Source: Octopus vulgaris (Eukaryota). From it: a stretch of 64,000 nucleotides of DNA. The stretch is taken from contig OX597828.1 in assembly GCA_951406725.2 (NCBI GenBank), forward strand, positions 9,734,001 through 9,798,000. Direction: 5' to 3'. How positions within the stretch are numbered: position 1 is the first letter of the stretch; every line of letters starts with the position of its first letter. A program made the position numbers and the translations under genes. Below the pieces are notes generated by a model. It searched no databases, was not told where the DNA came from, and worked only from the letters and a program-made list of their open reading frames with translations. This document shows positions 35,231-47,772 of this stretch, piece by piece.

Positions 35231-38200
35231 TATATATGTTTCTTATTCAGGCCAGCTATAGTTCTGCCTAGACTGGGAAGAATAAACGGTCATAATTGAG
35301 TAAGGTGGGGTAGTTGTGCTTTAATATACTACATAATTTTCTTTCAAGTTCTTTCTGGTCGATGTTTAGCAGAAAATGTAGTTTACAAAAGTGATATTGT
35401 AACGGAGACCGATGCCTATACTTATATCAGCTGCTCCGTAAATCTCCAATTCTTTAAACTCCTTACTGATAGGTAGTACTCTAGTTTACTATAACAGCAA
35501 CTCCTTAAAAGTAACAACTAGTATCTACTGAATGCCCCAAAATTTCTGTGTATCATTCACCCCCTCTCCTGGTCATTTACCATTATCTCGAGATTCATGT
35601 ACCCTGACCCTATACCTAATAGGCTTGTATGCTTTTATTTTTATTTTTCCTTCACCTTTTCGTTTGATTTATTTATCCTTTATTTTTCCCTTATCCTTGT
35701 TTATGACCTCTCCTTACCTCCCACAGCTCAAAGCCTACTATAATAAATTAACTCCCACACCCCCACTGCAGCCTACGTATGAACTAGTCTAGCAGTCCCC
35801 TTCTCACCTGGATAACTGACCTTAGATATCATATAACACAATTTCCAATTTAAATGTGACGTTAAAAATATCCTGACATTCTATTGATCGTTTGAGATAA
35901 AAACAAATGATCTTACTCATAGTTTCTACTTTGCACTAAGTGTAGGGTTGAATTTATAAGATATTACAATTTCTTCGAAACTATAAGCGTAATAAAAACA
36001 ATGAATCGTACCGTCAAGGAAGCTTATATGTGTTCTCTCGTCCTGCTTGGAAGAATTTCAAAATCGCTCTCAACCCACACACTGTCTGCTTACAAATACT
36101 AAAGGGCACATTTAATAATGTAGTTTCTCTAAGAAAGGGTATGTTTGATACTGTTGGTTATGTCTTTCAGAATTTATTTGTTTAATTAATGTTACAGTGA
36201 AAATATATAATTCAATAATAATTTGTGTGGTATGATTTTAAAATTAGCTTTATAACTGGCTTTGCAAACATACACCAAACATACTATTTACTATGAATAA
36301 GTGTTCTTTACAATCATCCTTTGAAACTGTGAAATGCAGATACTTCTAAAATTCTTAACGTGCCTTATATGAGAATAGAAAAAAATATAACGAAAATACT
36401 GAAAGACTGGGCAATTATATGAAAATAATATATTTCACAGCATGGTTTCTTATCGAAAGGAAATTTAACATACGATAAATATTTGTCTGTAGTAGGAAGC
36501 TGTCGTAATTTCTCCTCAGTAAACTATTCATGAAAGTTTCTCGTAGTTCGAAAAAAAAAAACGGTTCAGTAATTTCTTGCAAAACAATGTACACTAAATG
36601 TTTGTTTAATGTGATGAAATGTTTATGCTATGTATATGTTCACTCCGTCAATCGAAACGACGTTGTCTGACCAGGTGCAATGTGAAAACCCCATCAGAAG
36701 TTGAAATAATCGTAGAACAACGTGAGCAGTTTTCCTCCAGAACGCAAAACACAACCCGTTCGAGTAAGTGAAACCACGATCTCACGATCCTGAATACAAC
36801 ACCTTCACCACTCTGCTATACGTCATCACTTTGAACTCAAGTAAACTGTGATCGGACACTGCCTGATATGAATCCACCAGGAATATCTTTTTCAATATAA
36901 GAAAATACATTGCAAATTTATCGTACTCAGACCGTTTTTACTGAGAACTTATTAGCGATATCTATCAAAAGAGTCTTTCACAAGAACAGTTACGTTCTCA
37001 CATTTCTGATGGATAAATGGTTAATAATATAAAGGTTTATAATGAGTAGTGTTGGTTAGTAAAGGAAGGTAGCGGCTAGCATATACAATAAATGAACAAA
37101 TTTTGCTTCTTTTCTAAATGAGTATCTTAACGACATACGAAAACATAAAATACATAATAAATACACATACACACCCACACTTCGGCATAAGCACACGCAA
37201 ATATATAAATGAATGAGTGTATTGTTGTTGTTGTTTTTTTTCTCCGTGTAACTAGGTATATATGTACACTTACAACATCACCACATCATTTCTTACATTG
37301 TCTGGCTATTATGTGTTATTTTATTATCTACATCAAGTGAAGTGTATAGCAAAATAGTGTTGAGGAAAAAATATGTGAAAGGATTGATGAGGAAACAAAT
37401 CACATATAATTCTTAATTCACAATGATGTGATAATAAATATAACTTCTATGGAGAGAAAGCTTCAATGATAGTTAAAATTTATGTTTCTGATATCACACT
37501 TTAGATATTTTGTATTTCTTTTCCTCTCTTCTTCTCATATGACGTAGACATCTTGATGTGATATTTCTTTTTTACTTCTTTTGTGTTAATGGCCGGAATT
37601 TATTGTATGTATGGTTTAACTACTTCTATGAATTGCTAAATTTTCACTCATGAATAACATCTTAGTTTTGCTAAGAACATCTCTTTTTTCTTCGTATGTA
37701 TAATCATGATAAATTTTATTTTATTTTTCCGCTATGTTTTTTTATTATTTTTTTGCAGTTCTTCTTGTTTTTATATTAGTTGTTCATTACTTGGATTTTA
37801 ACATCTTATTTCTGATATGTGACTATTTGTTTGAAACATATATTGAGTTAACAATTTGCCGTTACTTTTTTAAATAACACATTGTCATCATTTCCTTTCA
37901 GAAACATTAATCGTATACAAATTTTCAGAATATTATCACGCGGTCCTTAATACTCCATTTCCCGCATAATCTAAATACACGAAGTTAGGAATAAATATAT
38001 GAACTAAGGTTGCTTTCTAAACCTTTTAATATTATATAACTTTAACTACGTAAACTAAAAGAGTCTACTAAAATCATTATATCACATTGCCAGCGTGTTT
38101 ATTTAAAACTAAAATCGAGTTAGATAATTTAGAATATCTTTCATTTCTGAATATTTCTGAAAAGCTGTTAACCGTTAGATTATAACATGTCTCAGGGATC

Positions 38201-38424
38201 TTAGAAGCCCAAAATATCTATTTCTACCTCTCTAAAACCAGGTAACGTACCCCTATTTCATTTCCTGATTATTTTAAAGTCTGGTGTTATATCACAACTA
38301 TGAGTATCAACAAAATATATGCATATAAACAAATGCCGCAGATCTCAGTAAGAAAATTTGTGAAATATGCAGAATATATTTCTTTTTACTTATAATATTC
38401 GAGGCATAAGAGACATTTATTATC

Positions 38425-38436
38425 CCATATATATAC

Positions 38437-38469
<33 letters not shown>

Positions 38470-38505
38470 TATGTATATATATATATATATATACATATGT
38501 ATGTA

Positions 38506-38571
<66 letters not shown>

Positions 38572-38652
38572 CACACATATATATATGTGTGTGTGTATAC
38601 GCACACATATAAATATGCATATATATAGAGAGAGAGAGGAAGAGAGAGAGAA
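38425..38652. repeat. (TA)n-dominated compound microsatellite
   Basis: Directly visible. Confidence 0.9.
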
Positions 38653-39262
38653 ACAGACAGAAGGCCAGATTGACAGGCACATATACACATTCACACATAA
38701 AAATAACGTTTTAGTCAGCACACCACCCTGTCCTCGTTTCAATATTATAACTTATAAAATCATATGGACATTGTGAATCCATTTGATGAGTAAACTATAT
38801 ATTATACAGAGGGAATATGTGAACGAGGAAATTTCGTCCCATATTGAATTCCTGTATATAAACAACCATACTGACCTGGTAATATATGCTAAATAATGCA
38901 ATAGCGTTATATGACATATGTTGGATTCAAATTTGCGTAGAAGGCAAGCAAGTTTGCTTGGGATCGAACTTTTACAGCATAAGTATATACTTTAAGGAAA
39001 TTTGCGTGGCCTGCATTCGGCCGTCAGATAATTTAGGTAAGTTTAGAGTGAATTAGATTTCAAGTATATTATTATTCTAATAACGGGATCTGTATTCAAT
39101 ATAAATACATATGGAACGTTACCGGGATAACCAGTAATATCCTACAATTTATTATCAACAAATAATTGTATAAATTATAAAATAATTTAAATTTTCGTAG
39201 TATATCCCTTGATTTTAATTTCTTTTCTTTCAGCATGGGGCATACATTGTCATCAATCTCAC

Positions 39263-39627
39263 ATAGGGGAATTCACCGCCAGCAAACCCCTAGAAAATTC
39301 AATTAAAAAATGATCTAATCCCTTTATAGTTGTATGCTTCCAATTTAAGGAAGTGAGTCTATAAATTCTGAAGTAGAGAAAATATGGATGCCATGATTTT
39401 AATTCTGAAGAATACCGACAAAAGACATGATATTTTTTTCCAAATGGAATACCAATCATTATTATCTCACCACAATCATTTCGAAAGTGTTGATTTCCAT
39501 TTAATATCGATTTAATGTATTGTACTTGAATAAAAAATAAACTACTCCTCGAAATAGAAATTGAAACCGTTCCTTCAAATCGTGATGCTGTGCTTGTTAC
39601 AAGTTGAAAACTAATACACGCCATGCA
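39263..39627 (-). CDS. candidate uninterrupted internal exon, unknown protein
   Basis: A 365-nt stop-free frame in non-repetitive AT-rich DNA, bounded by tttcttttgtcttAG (39629-39628) and a GTGAGA donor (39262). It is weakly similar to the 43.2-43.4 kb frame. Confidence 0.4.
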
Positions 39628-41639
39628 CTAAGACAAAAGAAATTAGTGTCAACTGAAATATAAAGAAAATTGTAGCAAAACTTTTAATTATTTCTCTTCT
39701 ATTTGTACATATAGTTGTTCATATTTGTTCTGATATTTCTACTTATAAAATACTTTGAAGTAAGAAAAACATTCCTTGTATTTTTGTCATCTAAATTAAT
39801 TGGAAAATTGAAATATTTATTAATTTTTCTAATAACTAAATTGAAAACACATTAGCCTACGAAATCACGTGGCAGAACGCAATATACAAAATTGCGCATG
39901 GTTTACCTAGTTTATAAACGGATGTTGAAAGGAAGGAAATGAAATTACTGCTAGTTCACAACCTATTTAAGCATTAAAATTTAATATTAAACATAATAAT
40001 AATAAGAAAAACATAAACATACATGTTTTTACCTTCCAGACGCCGCTTTACTGAAATTGCTCCACACGAAGAAATAGCAACATAAATAAACAGATTTAAT
40101 TGGAAATTGAAAGTAACAAAAAAGAAGAGAAACAAAACATTAAAACATTAAATTATCTATACAATTTCTTTGCTTTTAATCTAAAAATCATGCTTATAAA
40201 TAACCCTGCTCATTAATTACACATATCCACGTTCAGAACACAAATCATGTCAACACCCTAATTCTTAAATAAAAATAACAACGCCTGTGTACATTAAAAC
40301 TCAGAACACTCCAGTTAAACAACTATTCATTATATCACAATGTTTAAACCGTAAAGTAATAAACATGTATTTATAAATAAACTCCTTGACATTTCAGTGC
40401 TGACTAAAAACATGAAACTTCTGTGAAGTTACATTTACACAACAGCAGTTACCATATTCCTCATTTTGTCGTTCATGATATTTAGCGCTAGTTAAACACT
40501 GATGGATCCAACCTACTGCATTGAAGCATTAAATATCTTGGTTCATATAATAGATTACGGAAGAGCCAATCAATGTATTGAATTATAAGACTCATAGAAG
40601 TATAGTGCAAACGACCAAATATTCTGCAAAAATAGTCCTCAATGGAAACTTAGTGTGATTCAGTTTTTGAATACTGGGACATTCGCTCGCAGGTACAATC
40701 CATGCGATGGCTTACCTTCAAACTAATCCACCCACAGTATTTAGGTCGACGTGAGTGTTTAATTGCATAGCGATAAAACGCAAAATTACTCTTCGCCAAA
40801 AACACCAACCAGTGGGATCAAAGTGAGAGTCTCTTAATTGCGAAGTGATGTTATTAACTACTTGACTGTGTGAATACAGTGATATATAATATTTATGATT
40901 ACATTATCTGTCTACTATCATTTATTAAGTAGTTGAGATGTCACAAGAGAGCATATCTATTATGTAATCACATCTTTCACTTCTATTTATATCCTATTAA
41001 GCAATCATTTAGATATTCATTTGTCCAATTTTTTTGGCATATTCTTAAAATAATTTTCATCCCTAAATATTTTAAAGCTTGTCTTTAATTTATTATCAAT
41101 GTCTTTTATGGATTTGTTTTCATTTATAGAAATTCCACACGTTATAAGAAATATAACACCTTATTAAGACTTTCATCTTTCACAAGTCTTGAAACGGCGA
41201 GAGAATAGTAATATCATTTCAATTTGAATTTAAACTATGTCGATCATTCGTTTCTCTACGAGTTAGACATATGCTCAATTCCGATAGACACCAGAAACCA
41301 CTTTAATTGTTTCCACTTAAAATATCTACATTTTTTGAAGTTAAAAAAATTGTTTTTTTCAGTCGATAATCATCAAAAGAGCGAGAAGGAATTTACCTTT
41401 GTATTGAATATTTACATTTAGACTTTCAGTTCAGCTATGTAGGTCAGAGATATCAATGAGTTAAAACCATTTATGACATTGCTTTTTTATTTATCGCTAT
41501 GCAGTTAAATATAACCTAGACCACGGCCAGCATTGACACTGCTAGATAAACGACCATAACAGGAATACATCACACTCTACCTTATAAATAAACGTCGGAT
41601 AATTTACTCGTAGATATCTAATGCCAGCTCCACAGGTAT

Positions 41640-42200
41640 CAATCCAGAACACCTTTGAACCCCTTACTAACACTAATCCTCATAACTCCAACTATAATTC
41701 CACTACTAATTCCCGGACCTTAAATTTATCATAACGCAAACTATACCTCATGTAAAAATAAAGGACGATACAGACAATACCACCGGACATGATAAGTATC
41801 ATATTATATGATCCCATGACGCCATCCTCAAGTCCCTAACAAATACTAATCTTAACGCTATCGCTAATAACGAGCCTAACAACGACTCCTCACTAAATAA
41901 CAATCCCTTCACAAATTCATCCAGTTCAACCCCTGCAGACTTATACAACTGTCGACGCCCAACCTCCTGTCCTTTAGATAATCACTGTCTCACAAAAACA
42001 TCGATAACAAGTGTACAGTATCAGCTGCTAATTGTAACGGCGCATATATCGGCTAGTGCTGCACTACCTTCAAATCTGGAGTAAGCAACCGCAAACCTAG
42101 TTTCAACTCCCAAACGAAATCCAGCAGTACATCTTTATCTTAGCTTATCCATAAATTAAATCGTTTAACATCTACCTACTTACGAGAATGTAAACTGTCG
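41640..42200 (+). mobile_element. Penelope-like GIY-YIG remnant
   Basis: From about 41940 it reads NCRRPTSCPLDNHCLTK..KCTVSAANCNGAYIG*CCTTFKSGVSNRKPSF...STSLS*LIHKL. An N/T/P-rich low-complexity segment lies upstream. Confidence 0.75.
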
Positions 42201-42319
42201 CTTGAATATTTACGCTCCCGAGATTCCGCTCGCTTGACACGGATTTTACCTACTTCATTCCTTAACTCTTGTATATATATATATATTTTTTTTTTTTACC
42301 TACTTCATTCCTTAACTCT

Positions 42320-42374
<55 letters not shown>

Positions 42375-42384
42375 TCTTTTATTT

Positions 42385-42770
42385 TTTATGGTTTCAGTAA
42401 TTTTACTGCGTCCATGCTGGAGCTCGCCTTTACTCGTCCAAATCGACCACAGGACTTAATCTTTGTACGCTTAGTACTTATATTATCGGCCTCTTTTGCT
42501 AAGTTACGGGGACATAAACACACCAACATTGGTAGTGAATAGATGATGGGGGGACAAACACACACAAAATGCCCCCCAAAAAACACACCCCCACACACAC
42601 ATGTATGTTTTTACGGACTTCTTTCATCTTCCGTCTAACAAATCCACTAACAAATCTCTGGTCAGCCCGAGGCTACAGCAGAGGATAGTTGTCCAAGCTG
42701 CCACGCAGTGGAACTCAACACGTGACCATGTGGTTGGGAGCGAGCTTCTTACCACACAGCCACACTTGCC
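42385..42770 (-). mobile_element. SINE family A (diverged)
   Basis: GTGTGGCTGTGTGGTAAGAAGCTC head, with body and tail matching 160-561. Confidence 0.8.
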
Positions 42771-43179
42771 ATATATATATATATATATATATGGAAAATA
42801 TATGAAGTGCATTATGATAAAAAAAACGCGCATATATGCTTAGAAACAGTTCAACATATGATTCAGTCACAAGCTCTGAACCTAAATATTGTCGGCCCTA
42901 TTCGAAACCATAGCGTCTAGTCTCTTACACCCAGCCGTATATTATGAAAATACATTCCTATGCACCTCTTCTTTAGACATGTCGATAAAAATAGTAAAAA
43001 AATTGCATATATTTACAACCATCCTCAAAAATCCAGGAAATATCCTCTCATGTTAGTAATGCGATTTATTTTCCGGTGATTTGTTAATTTTCTCCTTTTG
43101 TTTTCTAGTTTAGCTGTTGTTTTATGATCTGAAGCTTCAGACTTAACATCGTTGCATCATGTTATTGTCATGGACCATG

Positions 43180-43434
43180 TTATCTAATGAGTACATTATT
43201 CGTGAACGTGGTATGCCTGATTTGGTCGAGGATATGGCTTTTATATCTAGCAATTTCAAAAACAAATTTGATGTTACCCTGCTTTCTAGTTCTATAACAA
43301 TACGTCGACTGCTTACCGTAGATATTCATCCATATACCAAATTCCCAAGAGGTAGTAGGAGCGTTGCAGTGGTGAGCATTCGAGAAATACTTAAACCATT
43401 GCAGAATTTTATATGCAAAATCGTTATAATAATT
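43180..43434 (-). pseudogene. 85-codon open frame weakly similar to the 39.3-39.6 kb exon
   Basis: NYYNDFAYKILQW...FGIWMNIYGKQSTYCYR...FEIARY...IRHTT compared with IPFGKKYHVFCRY...FRIYRL...WKHTT. Upstream in-frame stops are present. Confidence 0.3.
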
Positions 43435-45319
43435 TCAAATATACATCCAACTAATCTATACAGATAATGCAAATACATTAATCTCTATCTACTAGCTATA
43501 GCGGTGATATCTGCCTCAAAGTACACATTAATGACTTAAAATACGATTCTATGATACTGTTGTTATAGCTGATGCAATAAGAAAGAAGAGTCCTATGTGA
43601 AAGGCCTTCAATGATTGATCGAATTGATCAGGGTACTTTTAATGACTACTAATGACTCCATGGACTTATTAGCACCGCACAATCAAAAATAGTACATATA
43701 GGCCCCATTGACATTTTCGCCAGCGTTGTACATTATATTAACTTGACAGTATACGTTAAAGTATTTATATATTTATAATTTTGAATTATATATTTTCATA
43801 CGAATTCATTTTAATGGCTTAAACAGAAAAACGGATTGAACAAAGTGGCTCGTTTCTTCTATTTGAGTTGAAACCAGCCAAGATCAATTTTACTTTTAAT
43901 CATTACAAAGTCGATAAGATATATAATAAATTGACAGATTTTAAAGGATTGCCAGACAGGATTCTCTGGCCGCATGCAGTTCTTGTTCTGATATTAAATT
44001 TATCCATGGTATATTGGGCGGTAAACATAAGCAGTCGTTCGGTTAATTTTTATCAAACGTGTTGGTGCCAATAGTAGCATCAATTGTGTTGGAAGTATTC
44101 TAGTCAGGTCACAGATTTCAGGATTCTTCCATCCATAGCCGATTCTCGCAAACTTTTTTAAACTCATGATCATTGGTATTCATACTGACTAGAATGTTAA
44201 GAAGCGACGTTTTCCTCAGATCTCTGTGTGTAGGAGAGAAGATGCGATCTTCGACGTGATGGATAAGCCAGAGGCTTTTTAAATACACGGCCTGAGATAA
44301 AACTTGTAAAGGTCAGCTGTTAGAACGCTAATGCTTCCTCACATTCGGGATCTTAATTTACGAAAAAGCAGTGATCACAAAGTAATAGATGATAAAATAC
44401 TTAAATTGCGCTCCGCATCGAGATCGAACGTATAAATATGTAATATCATGGTAAGCTTTTCATATCATTCAGCTTTAACTCCGATGCGCATATAATTCAT
44501 ACATTAATACATATAACAATGCACTTATGAATAGATAATCATAACTTTAAAAAGAAACATTCAGAGAAAATAAATATCGTATATGTATGGAAATATACAC
44601 AAAAAATATATACATATAAAGTTATCACAGCATGCATTCATGTGGATATACACAAGTGTATTTCAAAGTAACTCTGCATATGTGCATCTGTTAATGTTTT
44701 TGATAGCGCCATCATGTCATCTAATACTCAAAGGTGGAAGGAAAGAAAAGGCGTAAAGAAAATATTTTGCGTAGAACTCACTAAAGATAAATATATAGAA
44801 CAAAATTTTAAATGGATTAAAATTATTGCATAGGTCAGTATAGAGGCATCATAAGAACAAAGGCAGTGATATATAATACAGATATTAACATATGTTGCTT
44901 CATGCACATATGCATAATCTGTCTGTTCTTCGCACACTCTCAGTCTCTCACATACGTATATACATACATGCGCATATACAACTACAATCAAAGGTGAAAG
45001 GGTGTGGGAAGAAAATATGTTTGCATAGTTTTAAGTATATATGAATAAATTTTTGTATATGTCTATCTAAGTGTATATGTATGTGCGTGACGTCTGGGAG
45101 ATAGCCCGTCTGTGAATTCGGTGGTGAGTTAGCTTTGCAAGGAGAAAAATATAAACAATAAATTGCGTGCGTACTTGTATAAATGTGTGTATGTGTGTGC
45201 GTATGTATGTGTCTCTGTGTGTGTATTCATACAAACATCAGTCAGAAATCATTGTATTCTATCTCACTATCTCTCTTTATTCGCTATCCATCTACATCTA
45301 CATATTTCTCTTTCTCTTA

Positions 45320-45331
45320 TGTAGATATATG

Positions 45332-45391
<60 letters not shown>

Positions 45392-45504
45392 TGTGTGTGT
45401 GTATGTGTGTGTGTGTGTCTGCTTGAATATATGCATGTGTGTGCGTCTTTGTATGCACACAACATTTGTATGTATGTGAGTACACACACGCACACACACA
45501 TGTA

Positions 45505-45541
<37 letters not shown>
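45320..45541. repeat. (TA)n/(TG)n compound microsatellite
   Basis: Directly visible. Confidence 0.9.
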
Positions 45542-45544
<3 letters not shown>

Positions 45545-46079
45545 GATACAAAGAGGGTGTTAGCGGGGAAGTGGTGAGGAAGTACCAGTATATCATCACT
45601 GCTAATGTATAGATGTGTACTGGGAGAAACTAAGTGTGATAGGTGCAGCCATGCTTTATACATATATACATCAGTTGGGATTAGTTCGCTATAGATCTAA
45701 TAGAGATATACAAATGGATTGCTATCTATGCATGAATAACAGAATAGTTGAAACAAGTCTCCGAAGTATACAGATTATGAAAGAATAAACCATGATGAAG
45801 ATCCTACACTACGTTTAAGAGATCAATCTGTCACTTTCATCTGAATAAAACAAGTGTAAGAGAGTTAAAGTAAGCCAACCTGTTATAAATATTATACAAA
45901 AGAGGAATTACGTTTATATGTATGTCTGTATCTCAATATCTGTCTATCTTTGCATCTATTTATTTTGCTAAGTATTTCTGCTGAATGTATGTATATGTAT
46001 GTATGCATTCATGTATGTATGAAGCTACGCATTTATGAATAGGCATATACATATATACATACACATACACATATACATT

Positions 46080-46083
46080 ATAC

Positions 46084-46136
<53 letters not shown>

Positions 46137-46375
46137 TGTATGTATGGAGAGAAAGAGAGAATGACACACATCCATACATACATGTATACATAGACAGATA
46201 GATAGATTGATAGACAGATAGTCTGACAGACATAGACAGTCAGACAGACAGACAGACAGATAGATAGGTAGGTAGGTGGGTAGGTAGGTAGGTAGGTAGG
46301 TAGGTAGATTGGTAGATAGATTGGTAGATAGGTGGGTAGGTAGGTAGGTAGGTAGGTACATATATACATACATAC
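46080..46375. repeat. (TA)n, (GACA)n, (TAGG)n compound microsatellite
   Basis: Directly visible. Confidence 0.9.
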
Positions 46376-47574
46376 ATGTAATGATTAGGTAAACTCCTGT
46401 TGTCAGAATTCTAAACAAATTATTGTGTTAGATACATATACTACTATATATCGAGTGTCAAAAATTATATTTCTTCATCTGCTTAATTTTATAGCTTTCT
46501 ATCTCTCTCCAGAATTTTACCAAGTGTTCTGTACTTTATTTACATAAGTTTCTATCCGTTTATACATAAATACATTTATGAATATTTTTATGTAATAATA
46601 TGTGTGAAGTCATATATTGGTAAAATGCCTTAATCCTTGGTTTATCCTCGTTTTATGTTAGTCTTTTCTTACATCGAAAATCAAACTCTTCTTAATATGA
46701 CTGATTCACATTTATACATAAGAGACCATCACCTGTACTCTGCCTACATCGTTACAATATCATCTATTTAGTGTTGAAATAAGCAACATATATGCTGTCA
46801 CCTACATATTTATGCTACTTATTTTGCTTGAAAATAAGACATACATGTACTTTAGCACATGCAGAAACAGTCGAAAATATTCATGATTTGTAAATCTATA
46901 CCAGCCTCAGACATCACAAAACTGAAGAAATCGACATGGAAACTGAAAGGAACGCTGTGATTTTTGACAAGATGCTATTGCTGAAATGGTGTCTCCTGTT
47001 GATAGAATCAATGATGTTTGAATTAATGCATGATGTTCTTGCGTATCCAACAGCCAATTAGATTTAGTTTAATCCTCAAGTAGAATCTGCTATTTCTTCT
47101 GAATGATAGAGGCTGGAAATTTTAAATAAAACTACGGTTCATTGGATTCGAGTTACAACACGTGTTATCTTCCGAATTTCATTTATAAGGATCGCGTCTA
47201 CACAAGTTATTGTTGAAATAATTGCCGAAGCAGCACATTACTTACCTACGGAACTATGCCTGGTACAATATTTCACCGAACGATTCTTGTAAATTTTGGG
47301 ATTGATCAATAATTTACTTTTACGAGGATTATCCTCAGCGTCTTTATTCATAACTCAGGATTAATGAGCAGCACCAATAATTCATTATAATATTCTTATT
47401 CATACCTTAAGAACATAAGCTCCTGAAATATATTCTTTGCGTCCAATTTCAAAAAATACACTCTATTAGTAATAGTGTTTTTAAACACTTTCATTTTCTA
47501 TGTTCTACTAAGCAGTTCACCCTCTCTCTTTTTAGTTACTCTTGAAATATTACTGAAATTCATATCATTTGTAT

Positions 47575-47772
47575 ATGTTAGCAGACAAGACGATATCTTG
47601 CTAAGCATTTCGTCCGTCACTACCTTCTGAGTTCAAATTCTGTCGAGGTCGTCTACTTTGCCTTTCATCCTTCGTGGTCGATAAAAGTAATAGTAATTGA
47701 AAATTGGGATGGATGTAATAGACTTTTCTTCTACTCTGAACTTATTGGCCTTGTGCCAAAATTTGAAAACAA
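47575..47772 (+). mobile_element. degenerate SINE family B
   Basis: ttctgagttcaaattctgtcgaggtc...ctttgcctttcatccttcgtggtcgataaa core. Confidence 0.7.

Noticed and set aside
43159-43467. Plus-strand 102-aa ORF
   Set aside because: It has no recognisable motif. The opposite-strand frame fits the local minus-strand pattern better, though both are weak.
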